Shown here: positions 10,751 through 24,900 of the stretch, piece by piece
How the letters are laid out: the number at the start of each line of letters is the position of its first letter
Numbering within the stretch: the stretch's first letter is position 1
Origin: Camelus ferus
Lineage: Eukaryota
DNA length: 64,000 bases
Assembly (NCBI RefSeq): GCF_009834535.1
Contig: NC_045697.1
Coordinates: forward strand, 22,818,001-22,882,000
Direction of reading: 5' to 3'
Program-made: the position numbers and the translations under genes
The notes under the pieces: model-generated
Seen by the model: only the letters and a program-made list of their open reading frames with translations
Databases searched by the model: none
Told to the model about the DNA's origin: nothing

Positions 10751-13700
10751 TAGATTGACAGGGAGGGAAACTAAGAAATATTGATAATATTCAGATGTCA
10801 ACCTGTGAAATAAAAATATCTTATTTCTTGTCTGAGTTTGCTTTCATCTCATCATTAGTGAGAATGGCCTTTACAAAAATATTTGCCTGTTATTTTAATG
10901 AGAACTGCCATTCTACATCTTATAGTTATTTTTAATGAGTATGATTTTTTCTTACTGATATGCATCAGAATAGAGGAACAATGTTTGGCATTAGATACTT
11001 ATTTGCTAAATTAAGATAAACGAATTAATCATACTTTATAACTGTACCATATAATATTTCTCATAATATATTTATTTTCTTAAAACTTCATTTGTTATTT
11101 ATTTGCACCATGAACGTTGGATGTTTGAAGTAATTGCTTCTAAAATTGTCAGGGCTTTGCACTTTAGCTAGATTTGCTCTTTCTTCAATGGCTTTTTTCT
11201 ATACACCTCAATTAATGTAGTGTTTTAAATGACAAAAGTGTCAGTAATTATTTCAATAATCTCATATTAATTAAAATAATTTTTACATATCATTTTGTTA
11301 AAATGTTATTTTCTCTTTAACAGTGTAGTTAAATCCATTTCTCATTCCCTATGAAGTTATTTTTGTGTTTGAATGTGTGTATGTGTATGTTTTGTTCCTT
11401 AAAGAACCAGCCCTGAGTTTTATTTATTTTACAGTTTTTATTTCCAGGCTCCTCCCCTAATTTATATATTTTATCCGTTTATCTTCATTTTTCCTGTATC
11501 CTGCTTAGTAAGTTAAGAGACTAATCTCTTAAATGCTTCTGACTTTAATTCTATTAATCTTGGCTTACTAATAACATATTTAAAGCTATAAATTTCATTG
11601 GAATAGAACTTTGATCATGTAACATGGGTTTTAATATGTAATATTTTAAATTTCAGTAATGTCTAAGCTATTTAAAAATTAATTTTGTATTTCCTTTATA
11701 ACTTAAATTATACTTATAGAATTATCAAAATGTTTTCAAATTATATTTTTATAATTATTGATTTGTATTGATTTCTGGTTTTAATACATTTTTATTAGAG
11801 AAAATTGTATGTAATAATTATACTTTTTGTCATTTAAAAATTTATCTTGTTAGATAATATATTCCAGTATCTGTAAATGCATATTTATCTTTAGTATAAC
11901 AGTGTTTTATGTGTTTTCATTTTTGTCTGATCCATCATCAAGCCTGGGATAAACCTGGAAAATAAAAGGAGCACTTAATAACATTTCTTGGGCGAAAGAA
12001 AAGAATAACCTAACCAAACTCTTCCTTTTCCTGTTTTTACTAAGAATTTAATTTAGTAAACAGATGTGAGAATGGGTCAATAAACTAAATATAACTGACA
12101 AATATAATTAGTATTTGATAATTTTATAGTAACTTATATAGAGTGCCTACATAATTAACAAGTCATCTGGAAATAGGCAGCTGCTGGTACTGGCTTAGCA
12201 ACCCTGCATTCTCTTGGTCCTATAAGCCACGTGATTGCTACAGATCCAGGTATTAATTTATGTTCAAATTATGAAAAAAATAGAACTCTGCCCCGTTTAT
12301 TTATTAAGGAAGCTAAAGCTTTCCTAGCACGCCCACAGTAGAGTTCCACTTAGAGTCCATGGTCGGAATCATGGTACCTACTTATCCTTATCTTAAAATA
12401 TATTATTTTCAGGCTCTATATTAAAATTTTCAAGGAAGGAAGTTAAGAATGGGAAATAGCTAACCTATTAGCTATTTTTTTTAATGTGTGTTGCATTGAA
12501 CCAAATTAAATTGGTATTCTAGTTACATGTGTTTCTAAAGCTTATTATAACTTTGAAGAAATAAAGATAAAAATAAGGGGGAGAAACATTGATTTCAGAA
12601 CAATTTACTAAAAACTCATTTAACATCCACTTTGCACTATGTGCTATAAAAATATTTCTTTCTGTGTGGGCAAAAAAATAGCTAAAACAAGTCTCTTAGT
12701 TCAGTTCTCCTAAATGACTGTTCTTTTGCAAATTTTTTTATAAGACATTTTTGTAATAAATAAGAATAAAGTTTCTTCAGCCCACTTTGTCTTTATCTAA
12801 AGTGCATTGGCAAAATAGAGTTCATAAAAGTCATTGTACTTGAATAAGGAGACGTGGGTAATACTGATGCTTAACTTCATTTTAACTAGAACACTGAAAA
12901 TGTATCTAGCAGCTCTTTTCTTCTGCCTCATTGGTATTTAAAAAGTCTAGAAGAATACTTAATACTGTTCACAAACTGCTGATTGCTTAATATAACATAT
13001 TCATCAAAGAAGCATACACTGTTTCAGTACCAAATGGAAAATTCAGCTGAAGAGGAGATATTACAGGGTCTTTTAAATATTTTCAGATTGAGGGTACAGA
13101 TAACACCTCTTCTGTTCGCTAGTTGATCATCCTGGTGAGTTGCTGTAACTATGCATTGAGGGATCCACCCAAGAATTGTGGATTAACTGCCTTGTATCAT
13201 TTTGTGTGTGCATGTGTGTGTGTATAATCATAGTTTTGATTCACTCAAGTAGAATTAATTGAATATCTTTTAATCTTCAGAAATTATCTAGGATTCTAAG
13301 ATGAGTAAGGCATTGGCACTGTTCCCAGGGACTGACAATTTCTGGAAAACCTAGAGTTTAAAACCAAGGGACTGGTTTGATAAGGATAATCCCAGCTGAT
13401 TATCTGAGACATGGTTTAACAAGCGTTTAAAGAACAGTACTCAGTAATTTAATGACTTGAAGGCAATTCTGTACATTCTGAAATGAGATGTATTTACAAG
13501 AAATACAAAGGATCTTGTGTTTTAATTTTATCCTTTTAGCCCTTCCTTTTTTTGTAACATATTTAGGGTGTATAAAAATCACAGAGAAGATCTAAGTGAT
13601 ATGGTTTCTTCATTTTCCTTATGTGTATGTTTTAATACCAAAGAAGTTATCAGTAACGGTATTAAATTGCCAGTTCTTATTTACCAAAATCCTTTATGGC

Positions 13701-14444
13701 TTTTTAAGCCATATTCTAGACTAACCAATTATGCACCTTGTGTTGCAAAGTCAACTTGTGTCACTGACCATAATTGCTGTTATTGCTGAATTTGCAAAAA
13801 GTTAATTGTGTAAAAACACTGATCTGGAGTTACTCATTATCATATGTGGATTTCAATTTTTTTAAGAAAAGAAAATCCTCTATTTAGTAAATGCAAAATA
13901 GCTTTTCACTCTTAGTTTGTTATGAAGGATAAAAGGCTGCAAGAATGCTAAACAATATTTGACAGGCTGGGATTTGAAGATTTTCCCCAAAAGGGTCACC
14001 AAATGTTGATTTTCACATCATTACACTTAGCAACATAAAGAGAACAAGGCATATCTCCTAATTATCTCCACGTATTCTGGTCCTAAAACCATGCATCCTA
14101 TTCTTCAGGACAACTTGGGATAGACACAAGATTTCTTTGCAACAGAAATAACTGTCCAAATAAATGTTTAGCCCGATGTGTTCACTTAAATTAAAAAATG
14201 GTTTCCAGCTGATAGAGGTGATTGTTCTAGCTGATATGTGTGAGTGTTCCCATGTAGGCAATTACAAGACCACAAGGAGAAGCCCACAGAGTCTGACTTC
14301 TAATCACAATCTGACGGAGGACATGCTCAAATGGGAAACAGTTGGACAGTTGTTGATGCAGGCAGCCCAGAGTGAGAGACTGCAAAAGTAAACCTGGAAA
14401 AAAACAGCAATAGTGGTATTTAGAAATTCTCTCTCTCTGTCTCG

Positions 14445-14445
<1 letters not shown>

Positions 14446-14502
<57 letters not shown>
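14446..14502. repeat. (CA)n microsatellite, about 25 perfect units
   Basis: Direct reading; preceded by a short (CT)n. Confidence 0.97.
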
Positions 14503-14504
<2 letters not shown>

Positions 14505-17500
14505 CAAGGAGCAAAGGACACTGACTAGAATAAAAACCATGGATTAGATTTTGCGTAGAACCCTAGCCTCTTCGCCTTACTTCTCCATGTAGATTTCCAT
14601 GTTCTCTGTCCTTCTCTCCTCTACAGCTACTTAAGGCTTTCTGCCTCTACCATGGAAAAGCTAAATGAGTTGTGGAAGTTTAAGATAAACTTTGTATGAA
14701 AAACAGGTTTATTCCCAACTTTCATTTATCACAGCCCACTGAATTTATCAAAAGTGGGTATAATGGGTAGAATTTTTTGTAACTTTCTGCTGTTAATTTG
14801 GTTTTACTTTGAGGTTGATATCTCACAAGTTATAACCTGATTGATTATAAAGGAAAGAGGTAGTAGGCATTTGTGATTTAAATTTCTGAGAAATTTCCCT
14901 CTACATGTGTAAAATTATTTATACCATTTTGTAGAAGAAAATGCTGCCTTATATTCTCAATTAGATTATAAGTAGCCTGTGTTTTTGGATTTCCTTCATA
15001 TATTTTTTTCTTATTGTTTTGTTTACATGATATTTCTCTCTATTTTTAATGAGATCATTATTTCTACTCTTCAGTAGATATTTCCTGTGTTGAATTTAAT
15101 GAAGAAAAATTCCCATTTCAAGAATTAGAATAGATGGAAAAGAATAAAGGAGCCAGAGAAATAGGATTCTGCGTTTCAGATATTGCATTTAAAAAATAAG
15201 GTAAAAATCTTCATTGCTTCAATTATTAATCAACATAATTGTGATTATTGTTCTATTGCATTTTTAAATGAATTTAGATGTTTAAAAATGACTGGAGTAA
15301 AGGTAATTATTACAGTGCAACTGGATTTCTATGTAGAAAACAGTCTTATTTGAGGGATAGATTGTAACTGCTCTTCTGTAATGCAGTTAGAAAAATTGTT
15401 TAAAAACATTCTAAAGTTGGTTTTTCATATACTACATGCAAATTACTTGAACAAGAGAGGTATGTCATGTGGTGGATGAGATTAACTATTTTACAAACAC
15501 TTTAGAGAAGTGTTTAAAAATGTGTAACAACCACAATAAAAATATATGCTAAAAAAGAATTAGAAAAGGTGAAAGATTACTGAAGAATTAAATATGTAAT
15601 TAACCAGAACTTACTTTCAGCCTTTCACTTTACTTATTTTTACTAGAATGAAAATTAGTTATTATCATCAACATCACTTTGAAAGTGGACTTTCATTCGA
15701 TAAAAAAATTATTAGTAAGAGGTAGAAGGAAGCTGTGATCAAATTTTGCTGTGTCTCTTCTGTTAGGAAAACCATTTCATAATTCTGTAAATTCTGTTTC
15801 TAACCTTCATTTCTATACTGGATTTTAGAACCCATAAGGGGACATTCAAAATAGCATGAGGAGAACTTCATATTTTCCAAAATTAATCTTCTAATTAAAA
15901 TTAAATGGAAAAGTATCAGTATGAAATATATTTTGAAATTTTACAAGTGACTGAAGCTATAGTAATCCATTCCAAGCTTTGTGAGTGAAGTGTTCTCACA
16001 AAGGGTAAAAGCAGCACCTCCAGCACCTTCTGAAGACACATTATGTCTGAGCATCTATGAAACCATCACAGGGAAGAGGAGCTGCATGCGTCAGCTTCAA
16101 TTAGTTGGCCATGCCACTTTTTGGGGTTGTTGCTCATCATGAACTGACATTTTCCATCATTTGCAACCGAAAGAGAAAAGCAGAAATGACCTCAATATGT
16201 TGGTTTGTGGAACCACACACCATAAAAATCCCAGCTGGTGCTGATCTGAACCAATGAATGCAACAGGGATAAGTGCTTCTGTTTTGTCTTTAGTGGAATT
16301 CCTTGGCCATATGCAGGAGAAGCAGTTGTGAACTTTTCAACAACAGCGAGAGTGAAAAATAAGGATGCAGAAAGGTGATGTTTCCAGAAAAATCACACTC
16401 CAGATATGCCCTCGCTCAGCAGCCTCTGTGCAGTGTGCCCTCATTTGATAGTACTGCCATGTGGGTATTTGGGGTGTGCTTTCAAATGCGGGATTTTTAT
16501 AGTAAAAAACATCAGAATTAACATCACTCGTTTAATAAGGGTATAGAAAACAAATGGTTACCCCACTATTATAAAGATCTTCAATTCATCCCTGATTATT
16601 TCAGAGGAGTAAACACATATCTCAGAAAATTTCATCCAGAAATGGTGCTCTAACATCTTCCCTTAATTTATTTTACCACGTAGGAAACAAAGACAGACAG
16701 AGAGTATTGTGAAAGATATACCTAATGTGATAATTATTGATGGCTCAACTGAGACCGATTCCCAAAATCCATGAATTCTCAACCAGGAGTTTTGTGTGAC
16801 AACACTTTGCTACTCTTCAAAAATATGCCTGTATAATTTTTATAGGAATTTAGTAAGAAAACACAATTTCTTTCTGTATAATTAACAATAAAAGCCTCAC
16901 TTGGGTTTTAAAAAGAAGGACATTTAAATATTTTTATCTACTCATCACATCTACTCACCACTGTAAAACTTCCAAACACAGAGATTTTTCTCCAAATTTT
17001 GACCACTTGATGATTCTTACAGGCATGTTAATTGCTATGTGGTAACTAATGTGGTAACTAACACCATGATTTCCATGTTAACTCACAGAACATTTTGATC
17101 TGATTACTTGGTTTTAGTAGTACATCAATATTATTACATCTGATTTGAAGTTTGGGTCTATAACTCCTCTTTGTAACCAAAAATATCTTGACAGACATCA
17201 TTTCATTTTTGACCTTGATTTTTTGGTAGGACAGTATTTTGGAGAATGGTTTTGAGGATTAAAATATATTCCTGGCATTATTTAGGCAGCATATTATTTT
17301 TATTTTAAAGCTATTTAAATTTTCAACAACCCGTAAATCCACATAAGGCTCCGTATGGTATGGAAGTCTCAACTTCCTAAGGAATTTAGGTAGATGGTGG
17401 TTAAACATGGCATTGTATTATAGATTAAGGGGAAAAGGTTTCTGACAACTTCATGTGGAAATTTAGTTCGATACTCAATGAGAAAATACCTATTAAATGA

Positions 17501-17613
17501 TTTTAATTTAGAAAAAAAACCTTTTTTTCTATATTTCTGTAAAATTTTAGGAAAATAATGCTGAGATTAAATAAAACATGATAAAACAAAGAAATAACTT
17601 TAACAGTAGCTTT

Positions 17614-17662
17614 TTAAAAATTTTTTTTATTGATTTATAATCATTTTACAATGTTGTATTAA
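17614..17662 (-). mobile_element. Extremely 5'-truncated young LINE-1 3' end (49 bp)
   Basis: ttttttattgatttataatcattttacaatgttgt matches the 3' terminus of the young L1 at 31477; TSD aacagtagcttt (17602-17613 / 17663-17674). Confidence 0.88.
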
Positions 17663-18019
17663 AACAGTAGCTTTCAAAATTAAGTATGTGTTCTTTCATT
17701 TTTAAACTGCCCTGGTAATGTTTCCTTATGATGTTGTCCAGTTCACAGAAAGGCATAAAACTTATGTAAAGTTGTGTAGTAGACAGATTGTTCTTTAAGT
17801 GCTCCCAGTAATACTGATCTGAGTTTCAAAAAGTGCCTCTTTTTGGTCAACTGCTGTTCTGTTTTAACTCAAGTCCTCTAAATGACACATTCCATTTGAT
17901 TGGCCTGTTCTGTTTCTTTATCAATGTCAAAAGGACATTATTTTTCCATGGGATGCAGGTCAATAAATAAGTAAACTATGAAAAACAAAGAACTGGAAAA
18001 TAGTTTGAGTACTGTGTCC

Positions 18020-18170
18020 ACCAAATCTGAATTTGAGTATTTACTCCCAAATCTTCTGGTTCTGAGATGTTAGGTTGACTGTTCACTGTTACGAGTGTTG
18101 GTTTCCTCATCTTTCAAATAGGGGTAAAAATCACTGCTAGGTAATGTTGTGATGATGGACACCGATTACA
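18020..18170 (+). mobile_element. MIR SINE fragment
   Basis: Core-like ggtttcctcatctttcaaataggggtaaaaatc...gttgtgatgat. Confidence 0.65.
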
Positions 18171-18644
18171 ATGACTACATATAAACAAAAATTTCACATG
18201 AATATGTAGCCGTGGATTAGCATGATTCTAAAATCCATGTTTTCATTACCCCATGAGCAGCACACGTGTGAAATATGTCTGTCACCTTTCTTCCTGCAAG
18301 CATGGGGCATATTACTCATGTCCAAGAGGTCTTTTCTGGTGAACTCTGATGTAATCTCGAATCTTTTTCTGTCACTGTGGATTATATTTGTCACAAGGGA
18401 AAAAAAAAATAAGCAAGAAAAACATGATTAATATCTGCGCTATGTCACGCCAATTTCCCCCAAAGTTTCCTTATCACTTCCTAAATAAAATATAAAAAAC
18501 TTTAAATAGAAAAGACATTGAAGTAAATATAATCTTTTATTAAACTCACAATCACTTCCTACTCTTGCTAAACAAATATCTCATTCCATACTTTCTAAAG
18601 CTCAAGAATCTTTATTGTCACATGTTATGTGATTATTGGTACAT

Positions 18645-19130
18645 GTCAGTCAGGACTCCTGGTAGAGGGGTCAGAAATTCGTTTCTGACTAGCGTAGGGG
18701 AAAAAATGAATATGTTTTATCAGGATATAGTTATATAGAGTGTGTGGAGTAAATGTGGTTTCATGCAACACTGATTCCAGGATTTGAAACAATGTCATTA
18801 GGACTGTTTCACGCTTGCTATCTCCCACTCATTTTCCCTTGGAGTGTTCTTCTTCCAATGTGCGCTCTCTCTTAGCAGCCGAGATGTTTCCAGAGAGTCC
18901 CAGGCTTTTGTAATTTTTAAGGTTCATGACCTCAGGAGAAGATAGATGCTCGTCTCCTCTGGCATCTTTATAAACATCTATCAAGGGAACCTGAGTCTGT
19001 CTAAGTCATAAGCTCACTCCTGGAACAATCTCTGTGTTCAGGGAGGTAACGTCCTCTGGGCCAGCTGGTCACTCCTGTGGCTGACCCAGGGGGAACAAGT
19101 AGGCAGGTGACCACCCCCTCCAAAAAAAAG
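18645..19130 (-). mobile_element. Old MaLR LTR (MLT1J/K-like)
   Basis: tgtcagtcaggactcctgg...cagaaa...actagcgtaggggaaaaaatgaat...ccaggatttgaaacaatgtcattagg resembles the reverse complement of MLT1J/K. Confidence 0.55.
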
Positions 19131-20580
19131 GATTCCATGGTGACACAGTAAGAGGGAAAGATTACCACTCCTCAGTCTTTGCTTAAAATTTTCAGTGCTA
19201 TTTGACTTTTCATAAGACAGTGAAGAATTTTTATTACTTGAAGCAATGTAAAAACAACATTGGGAAAAGAGAACTTTCTAAACCATATATTTTACCAGTT
19301 CATCTGTGATTATTTCTGTTTTCAAAATGTGCATATATCCATTGTGGGATTGTCTTGCTCTTATGATATGTACTCTTCCCTGCACCTCTGAAGAATTTAA
19401 ACAGTAATGTCAGCAAATCCAATAGTTACAGATTGAGTGTGTAAGTATACAGGTTTACAATTTCCACATAAAGACTAAATATCCTTAATAAATACACACA
19501 CACAAAAACACACACACAAGTATTCAAAATGCACTTCTACTTATCTGAAAGAATTGAAAACTGAGTATACATAACTAATATTCTGTTTAATTATAGCCTC
19601 TTGAGATATTGGAGGTCTCCTAAATTATATTCCTGTGTTTCTCCCCAAAGCTGAGAACCAAATTAGAGGCAAAAGATTCAGGAATATGGAAATTAAAATA
19701 CCATTGCTATTACTGATTTAGCGACATGGTAATATGACCTAGGTCTGCAGGCAAATGGGGTTCAATCAGAGACACTTAATTCCCTGGTCACAGCAATACT
19801 GGTTAACTGTCAGCTTTCAGCTGCAGGGACAGAACCTGCTCTGACCATTTTGGTCAAAGCAGGAGAGACCATGGTGTCTCCACAATCAAATACACTCATG
19901 GCCAATGGCCAGTTCCTTCTCCTGAACTCACCAGCCAGTTAAGTCATTTCTCCTGTCTGAAGAGAAATAAAGCCAGGAATATTACTCTAGTCCAGATCCT
20001 ACAAAATGGAAATGTGATGCCAATAGAAAGTAGATTCCCTCTAAATATTACCATTTATAGAGTTGAAGAATTATAAACTTGAAAGGTCTATAACTGCCAT
20101 TTGGCTCAAAATTCTCACTATGTAGCTAATAAGTTTGAAGCCCAGACACATTCAAGGATGAAGTTTGATGTAGCAAAGCTAATAAATGACTTGAAATAAG
20201 CTTTGAGTTTGTCCTCATTTCTTTTACTTATATATTTATTTAGGAAATATTAATATATATTAGGAAATCAAACTAAACTCCATGGATTCTTTTTCATCAA
20301 GGCAGACAGTGCCTTGACATCACAAATCTTACAGTCCAGAAGAAGAGACTGTTCAGCAAATAAGCAATTAATTTTTTAAAATGTTTTGATAAAGAAAGTT
20401 TACTGTAGTTAAAAAAAAACAAAACAGAAAATTGGTTTCAGGGAAGACTCCTGAAACAATTTATCTCTCAACTGAGGATGAATTGAGTAGGTGAAGCAAA
20501 ATGTGGATGGGATTTGGGGTTGGGGACAGTGATAACACAACAGGCACTCATATGAAGACGGAATAAAGTTTGTCTTTAAG

Positions 20581-20630
20581 AGAGATAGAGACAGAGAGAC
20601 AGAGAGATAGAGAGACAGAGAGACAGAGAA
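20581..20630. repeat. (AGAG/AGAC/AGAT)n compound microsatellite
   Basis: Direct reading. Confidence 0.85.
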
Positions 20631-21587
20631 AGTAGATAATGTGTGACTGGAATTTAGAAAAGTAAAAATGTACTTATCACTCATTCACTGTTGAGCCTGT
20701 CAGACTGTCCCTCTGGAGAACCATTATTGGAAACATGAAGTAAGACTATCATTCAGGTCATAGAGGTAAATCTGAAAATTTGTGAAGTTCAACCTAAGTG
20801 GACAGAAGCAAAAGATAAGCTGATAGAGAAAAAGCATTCATAGGGGAATGAAGAAGTGCTTTTTATGAGTGAAACAGGTGGATGCCCAGACAATAAGAGA
20901 AGGAAAGAGGGAGTGAAAGAGATAAAGAGAGAGATCAAAAGATAAAATATGCATTTATGCACCTACATATGCTCTCAGATAAGTGGCACTAATAGTTTTT
21001 AACAAAATTTCTGACATTAATAGTTCCTTGAAATATCTGTTTCTTGTATGGCCCCAGCTGACAATAATTTCTAATGCATGATTTCTTGAGAGAAGCCATC
21101 ATTTTTCTTTTGATTTGAATGGGAGGTCAATCTTTCAATATTTTATTGTTTAATAATCTGGAGGGTGGATGTAGACTCACTTTGATTAATGGATTTTAAC
21201 AACACAATAATTATGTTGTCTAACTTGAAACTTTATTCCATCATTCAGCCAGGTATTGTGGTTCACACTTCTGAAATAGAATTTGAAGGTCGGGATAGGT
21301 TAGATGAAGGACAGTGAGAAATAGATTTATGTCTCCTTCTTGAATTTAACTCCAATTCTGATTAATGATAACCAAAGCCAAATTCTAACGGTTGCAAAGT
21401 GGCATATGATTCCTAATCCTTTGCATGGGACACGGGGTCCTTTATGACGTGGATAAAGGGCCTATTTCTCATCTTTTATATTTATAGATGAAGTGGAACC
21501 CCTGAGCTCACAGGGCCTCAGGGCTGTTACTCAGCATGATTCCTCCTGCTTCTGTCCCCTCCCCGCCCCAGACTCACATCAGCCACC

Positions 21588-21692
21588 ATCTTCTCTCTCT
21601 CTCTTTTTTTCTTTTCCTTTTCTTTCTTTCTTTCTTCCTTCCTTTCCTTTCCTTTCCTTCCTTCCTTCCTCCTTCTTTCTTTTCTTTCTTTC
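21588..21692. repeat. (CT)/(CTTT)/(CCTT) polypyrimidine microsatellite
   Basis: Direct reading. Confidence 0.9.
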
Positions 21693-21869
21693 ATGATCCC
21701 TAACACCTCCAGGCAGTTTGCTATTCCTCCTTTCTGTTCCCACAGCACACAACAAATAAACCCTTTAATCATTCTTAGTACTCATACTATCTGGTTACTT
21801 GGAAAAAAACACACATTACATACAGCTCATCATGGGTACGTAGCTTGGATATGTAGTATGGTATTTATT

Positions 21870-21970
21870 CACATTTTCAGCATCCAACTCAGAGTGTTTA
21901 GGGAATTAGTGCCGTATAACAGGGGGCTGTTTCCTCCAATTTGGATGAATGAATGGATGAATGAATGAAA
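21870..21970 (+). mobile_element. LINE-2 3' tail
   Basis: Ends in gaatgaatggatgaatgaatga, the typical L2 (TGAA)n terminus. Confidence 0.55.
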
Positions 21971-24900
21971 AAAACAAAGAAATATGCAGTGAGAGTTAAA
22001 AACATCAGATTGCAAGCTGGAGAAGTGTGTCATGACAGTCACAGATTAGAATTTCTGCCTGGATATGTCACATGTAGATCCTGGCCCTGGAGACTTGCGG
22101 ATCCAGAAGGCTGAGTTGAAGGTAATCAGAGTGGAAGAGGTCAAGTATTTGTGAGGTTAACACATCTTCGTGTATATTCTAGTCACATTTCATGATAACA
22201 GGAATTGTAAAATTGAGGAAAATGGTGAGCCAGATTTTATTTCCCTCTTGATCATGATACAAAAAGGAAAGAAAATAATTTAGGGGAAAAAAAAGTCCAT
22301 GTCAAAATTAAAAAAAAAAAATAGTTTTAGATTTCCTCACTTAAAAGAACTGCCTTCTTTCAAAGAATAGGACCCAAAGTGATGTTTATCTTTCCTGCAG
22401 AATGCAACCTCCCCAGGTGTCCAATCAGTACACAAGTGCAGAATCCCTTTATGAAGCTTACACAGGAACACAGCTTAGCTTAAAATCCAACTGACATTTT
22501 GGAACCCTGCTAAGGATTTAAGATCAGACTCTTTGGATCCATTTTTCCTTATAATATAAAAATTATTCAAGTCTACAAATGGGCAGATAAAGCTAAAATA
22601 CTAAATCTTCTCACACATTGTGCCATAAACATGCTTCCTTGCATTTTGGTCTGAAAGGAACACATGCTCTAAGAGGGCAGGGTCAGTATAAAACCATAAT
22701 TTATGAACTAGTCTCACAAATAGTACTTGTAGCAGTTAACGCAGGCTTTTCTGCCCCTGCCCAAAAGGCAGTGTGACTTAGATGTTCTATTGTATATCCC
22801 TGCAAGTCTTTAGCTGTTACTTTATCACAGGAATAACAATCTGAAATAATTAACTCATTTTTTTAATATGAGTCAAGCTTCCTGTTTTATGAACTATATA
22901 TAGTTTCATCCTAAAAATTCTTGGAAATTTACACATTTCTGCCATCTTGAAAGATGATTTCAATATCCCTGAGGGTACCTACCGTAAGCCTCACAATTTG
23001 TTCATCTCTTTTAATGCTTCTCATCACCTTAGCTCCAAGGAGTTAATAATCTAACTCCAGCTACTTTGTCACACCCGTATAAACTACAGTTGTTACCACA
23101 AGTGTATATTTAATACTGTTCTTGTCATGTAGTAAGTATGAAAAAAATAGTAAATGTAGTTAGTGACACATTCATCTACTTAACTTCTTGGTTCCCCAGT
23201 AACAAAGGGAAACGGAGTTACTGAGATTACTTTTCATTGAAAAAACTGTTGGAATAAGTTTTAATTATCGTGGTAATAATGACTTCCTCTTTGGGGTGCA
23301 TTTATTGGGACTTCCCTTGCTTGTTTCTCTCCTCTTGTGGAAAACGATTTTATTCTGCCTGCTGTCTGATGTCTGTAAACAATTGTTTCATACAGTTTAT
23401 CCAATTACGTAGTTGTCCACAGTGATAGGGCTAGTTTAGTACTGGTTTCTCCATTCCAGCTAGAATCAGAAATTCCACATCTCATGTCTCTCTTCTGCCA
23501 GGAATGAGGATTTCAATTTAGCGCTCTCCATTCTCCCGTGACCCTGGGAGCATGAGCACTCTAAGAGCAAGGACCATGACATGTCTCCCATGCCCAGCAT
23601 CCTGGCTCATGGTACATGCTAAGCATGATAATACATGGAGGAAGGAGGCTGAACTCCCTCACTCCTCAAACATTCTAGGCTGTTCCTCTGCCTTGACATA
23701 TTTTTAACTATCATCAGGGATCAACAAGAAATAAATCCAAGCAGATAACCCCCAAAATGAATGTCTTACATGTTGTATTAGTTTTTAAAAAGAAACACAT
23801 TATTAATTGCATCCTATAGATAATAACATTAAGTAAATTAAAATATATAAATATACATATTGATGTATATTTTTATGTAAATATATGTATGTGTATATCT
23901 ATCTATGTATCTATACAGAGACAATCTTACAGTCAGCCAGTTCTTTTCTAAGATGGCTTTATATTTTGTTTACATGCAGATCACTGCAGATTTGTAAATG
24001 TGCCACATTCTCTATTGTTTACACGCCTTCTTGTCCCCTTTTTAGATTCAACCCAGGTGTCATTCTACTTGGAAACATCATACATGCACACAAACACACA
24101 CTCCCATCACCACCACCACTAGCACATCTGCTTTCTGAGAATTCCTTTCAACTAAGTTTATATTTTATATGTATGTATTATATTTGCTGTTTTGCTTCCT
24201 TGTCTTTGCCACTGGTCTTTGGACTCCTTGGGGAAAGAAATTATGTCTTGGTGATGCTTTGCTTTCCAGGCACTAACATAGTGCTTGATTACAACAAGCA
24301 AACAACAACACTATGTTTGGTCTATAAGTAATCTTTATTAATTTAGCATATTTCTTTGTGACATTTTTCTTCCTACTGTGTATAATTGCTCTTTCTCTTT
24401 CTGTTCCATGTCAGTTTTATGTGGGTTCTAAAGTTTATTGAGGAATTCTCTGCTATTCAATTTTACAATTTATTCCAAGAATTATTAACTTTTTCCTCTT
24501 TGTTCTCTCCTTCAATCTTAATATGCATGTGTATCGCATATGACTCAAGATTATGTTTTTGAAATATGATGTTCTATTACCCCCACTGTCCTTTTTCTGT
24601 TAAATCATCTGGACCATTCTATGCTAGTCTGCATCAGGGAACATATCCCATACAATTGAGCATGGAAAATGGGAATCTATTCCTGGATTTCCATTTTTTA
24701 AATCCTAGTCACCTAAAGAAATGCAAAGGAGTCAGAACAGAGAAAAAATGAGTAAGTGCAAGACTTTCTCCCCTGTTCAGCTCTAAGGCTCAGAAAGACA
24801 TTTCTAGGCTTGAGAAAGCAATGAAATTCGATGGGAAGCAAGACAGAGTGGGACCCAGGAGAAGGAAGTCTTCTTATAAGATGGGTATTTTAAAGGTAAA

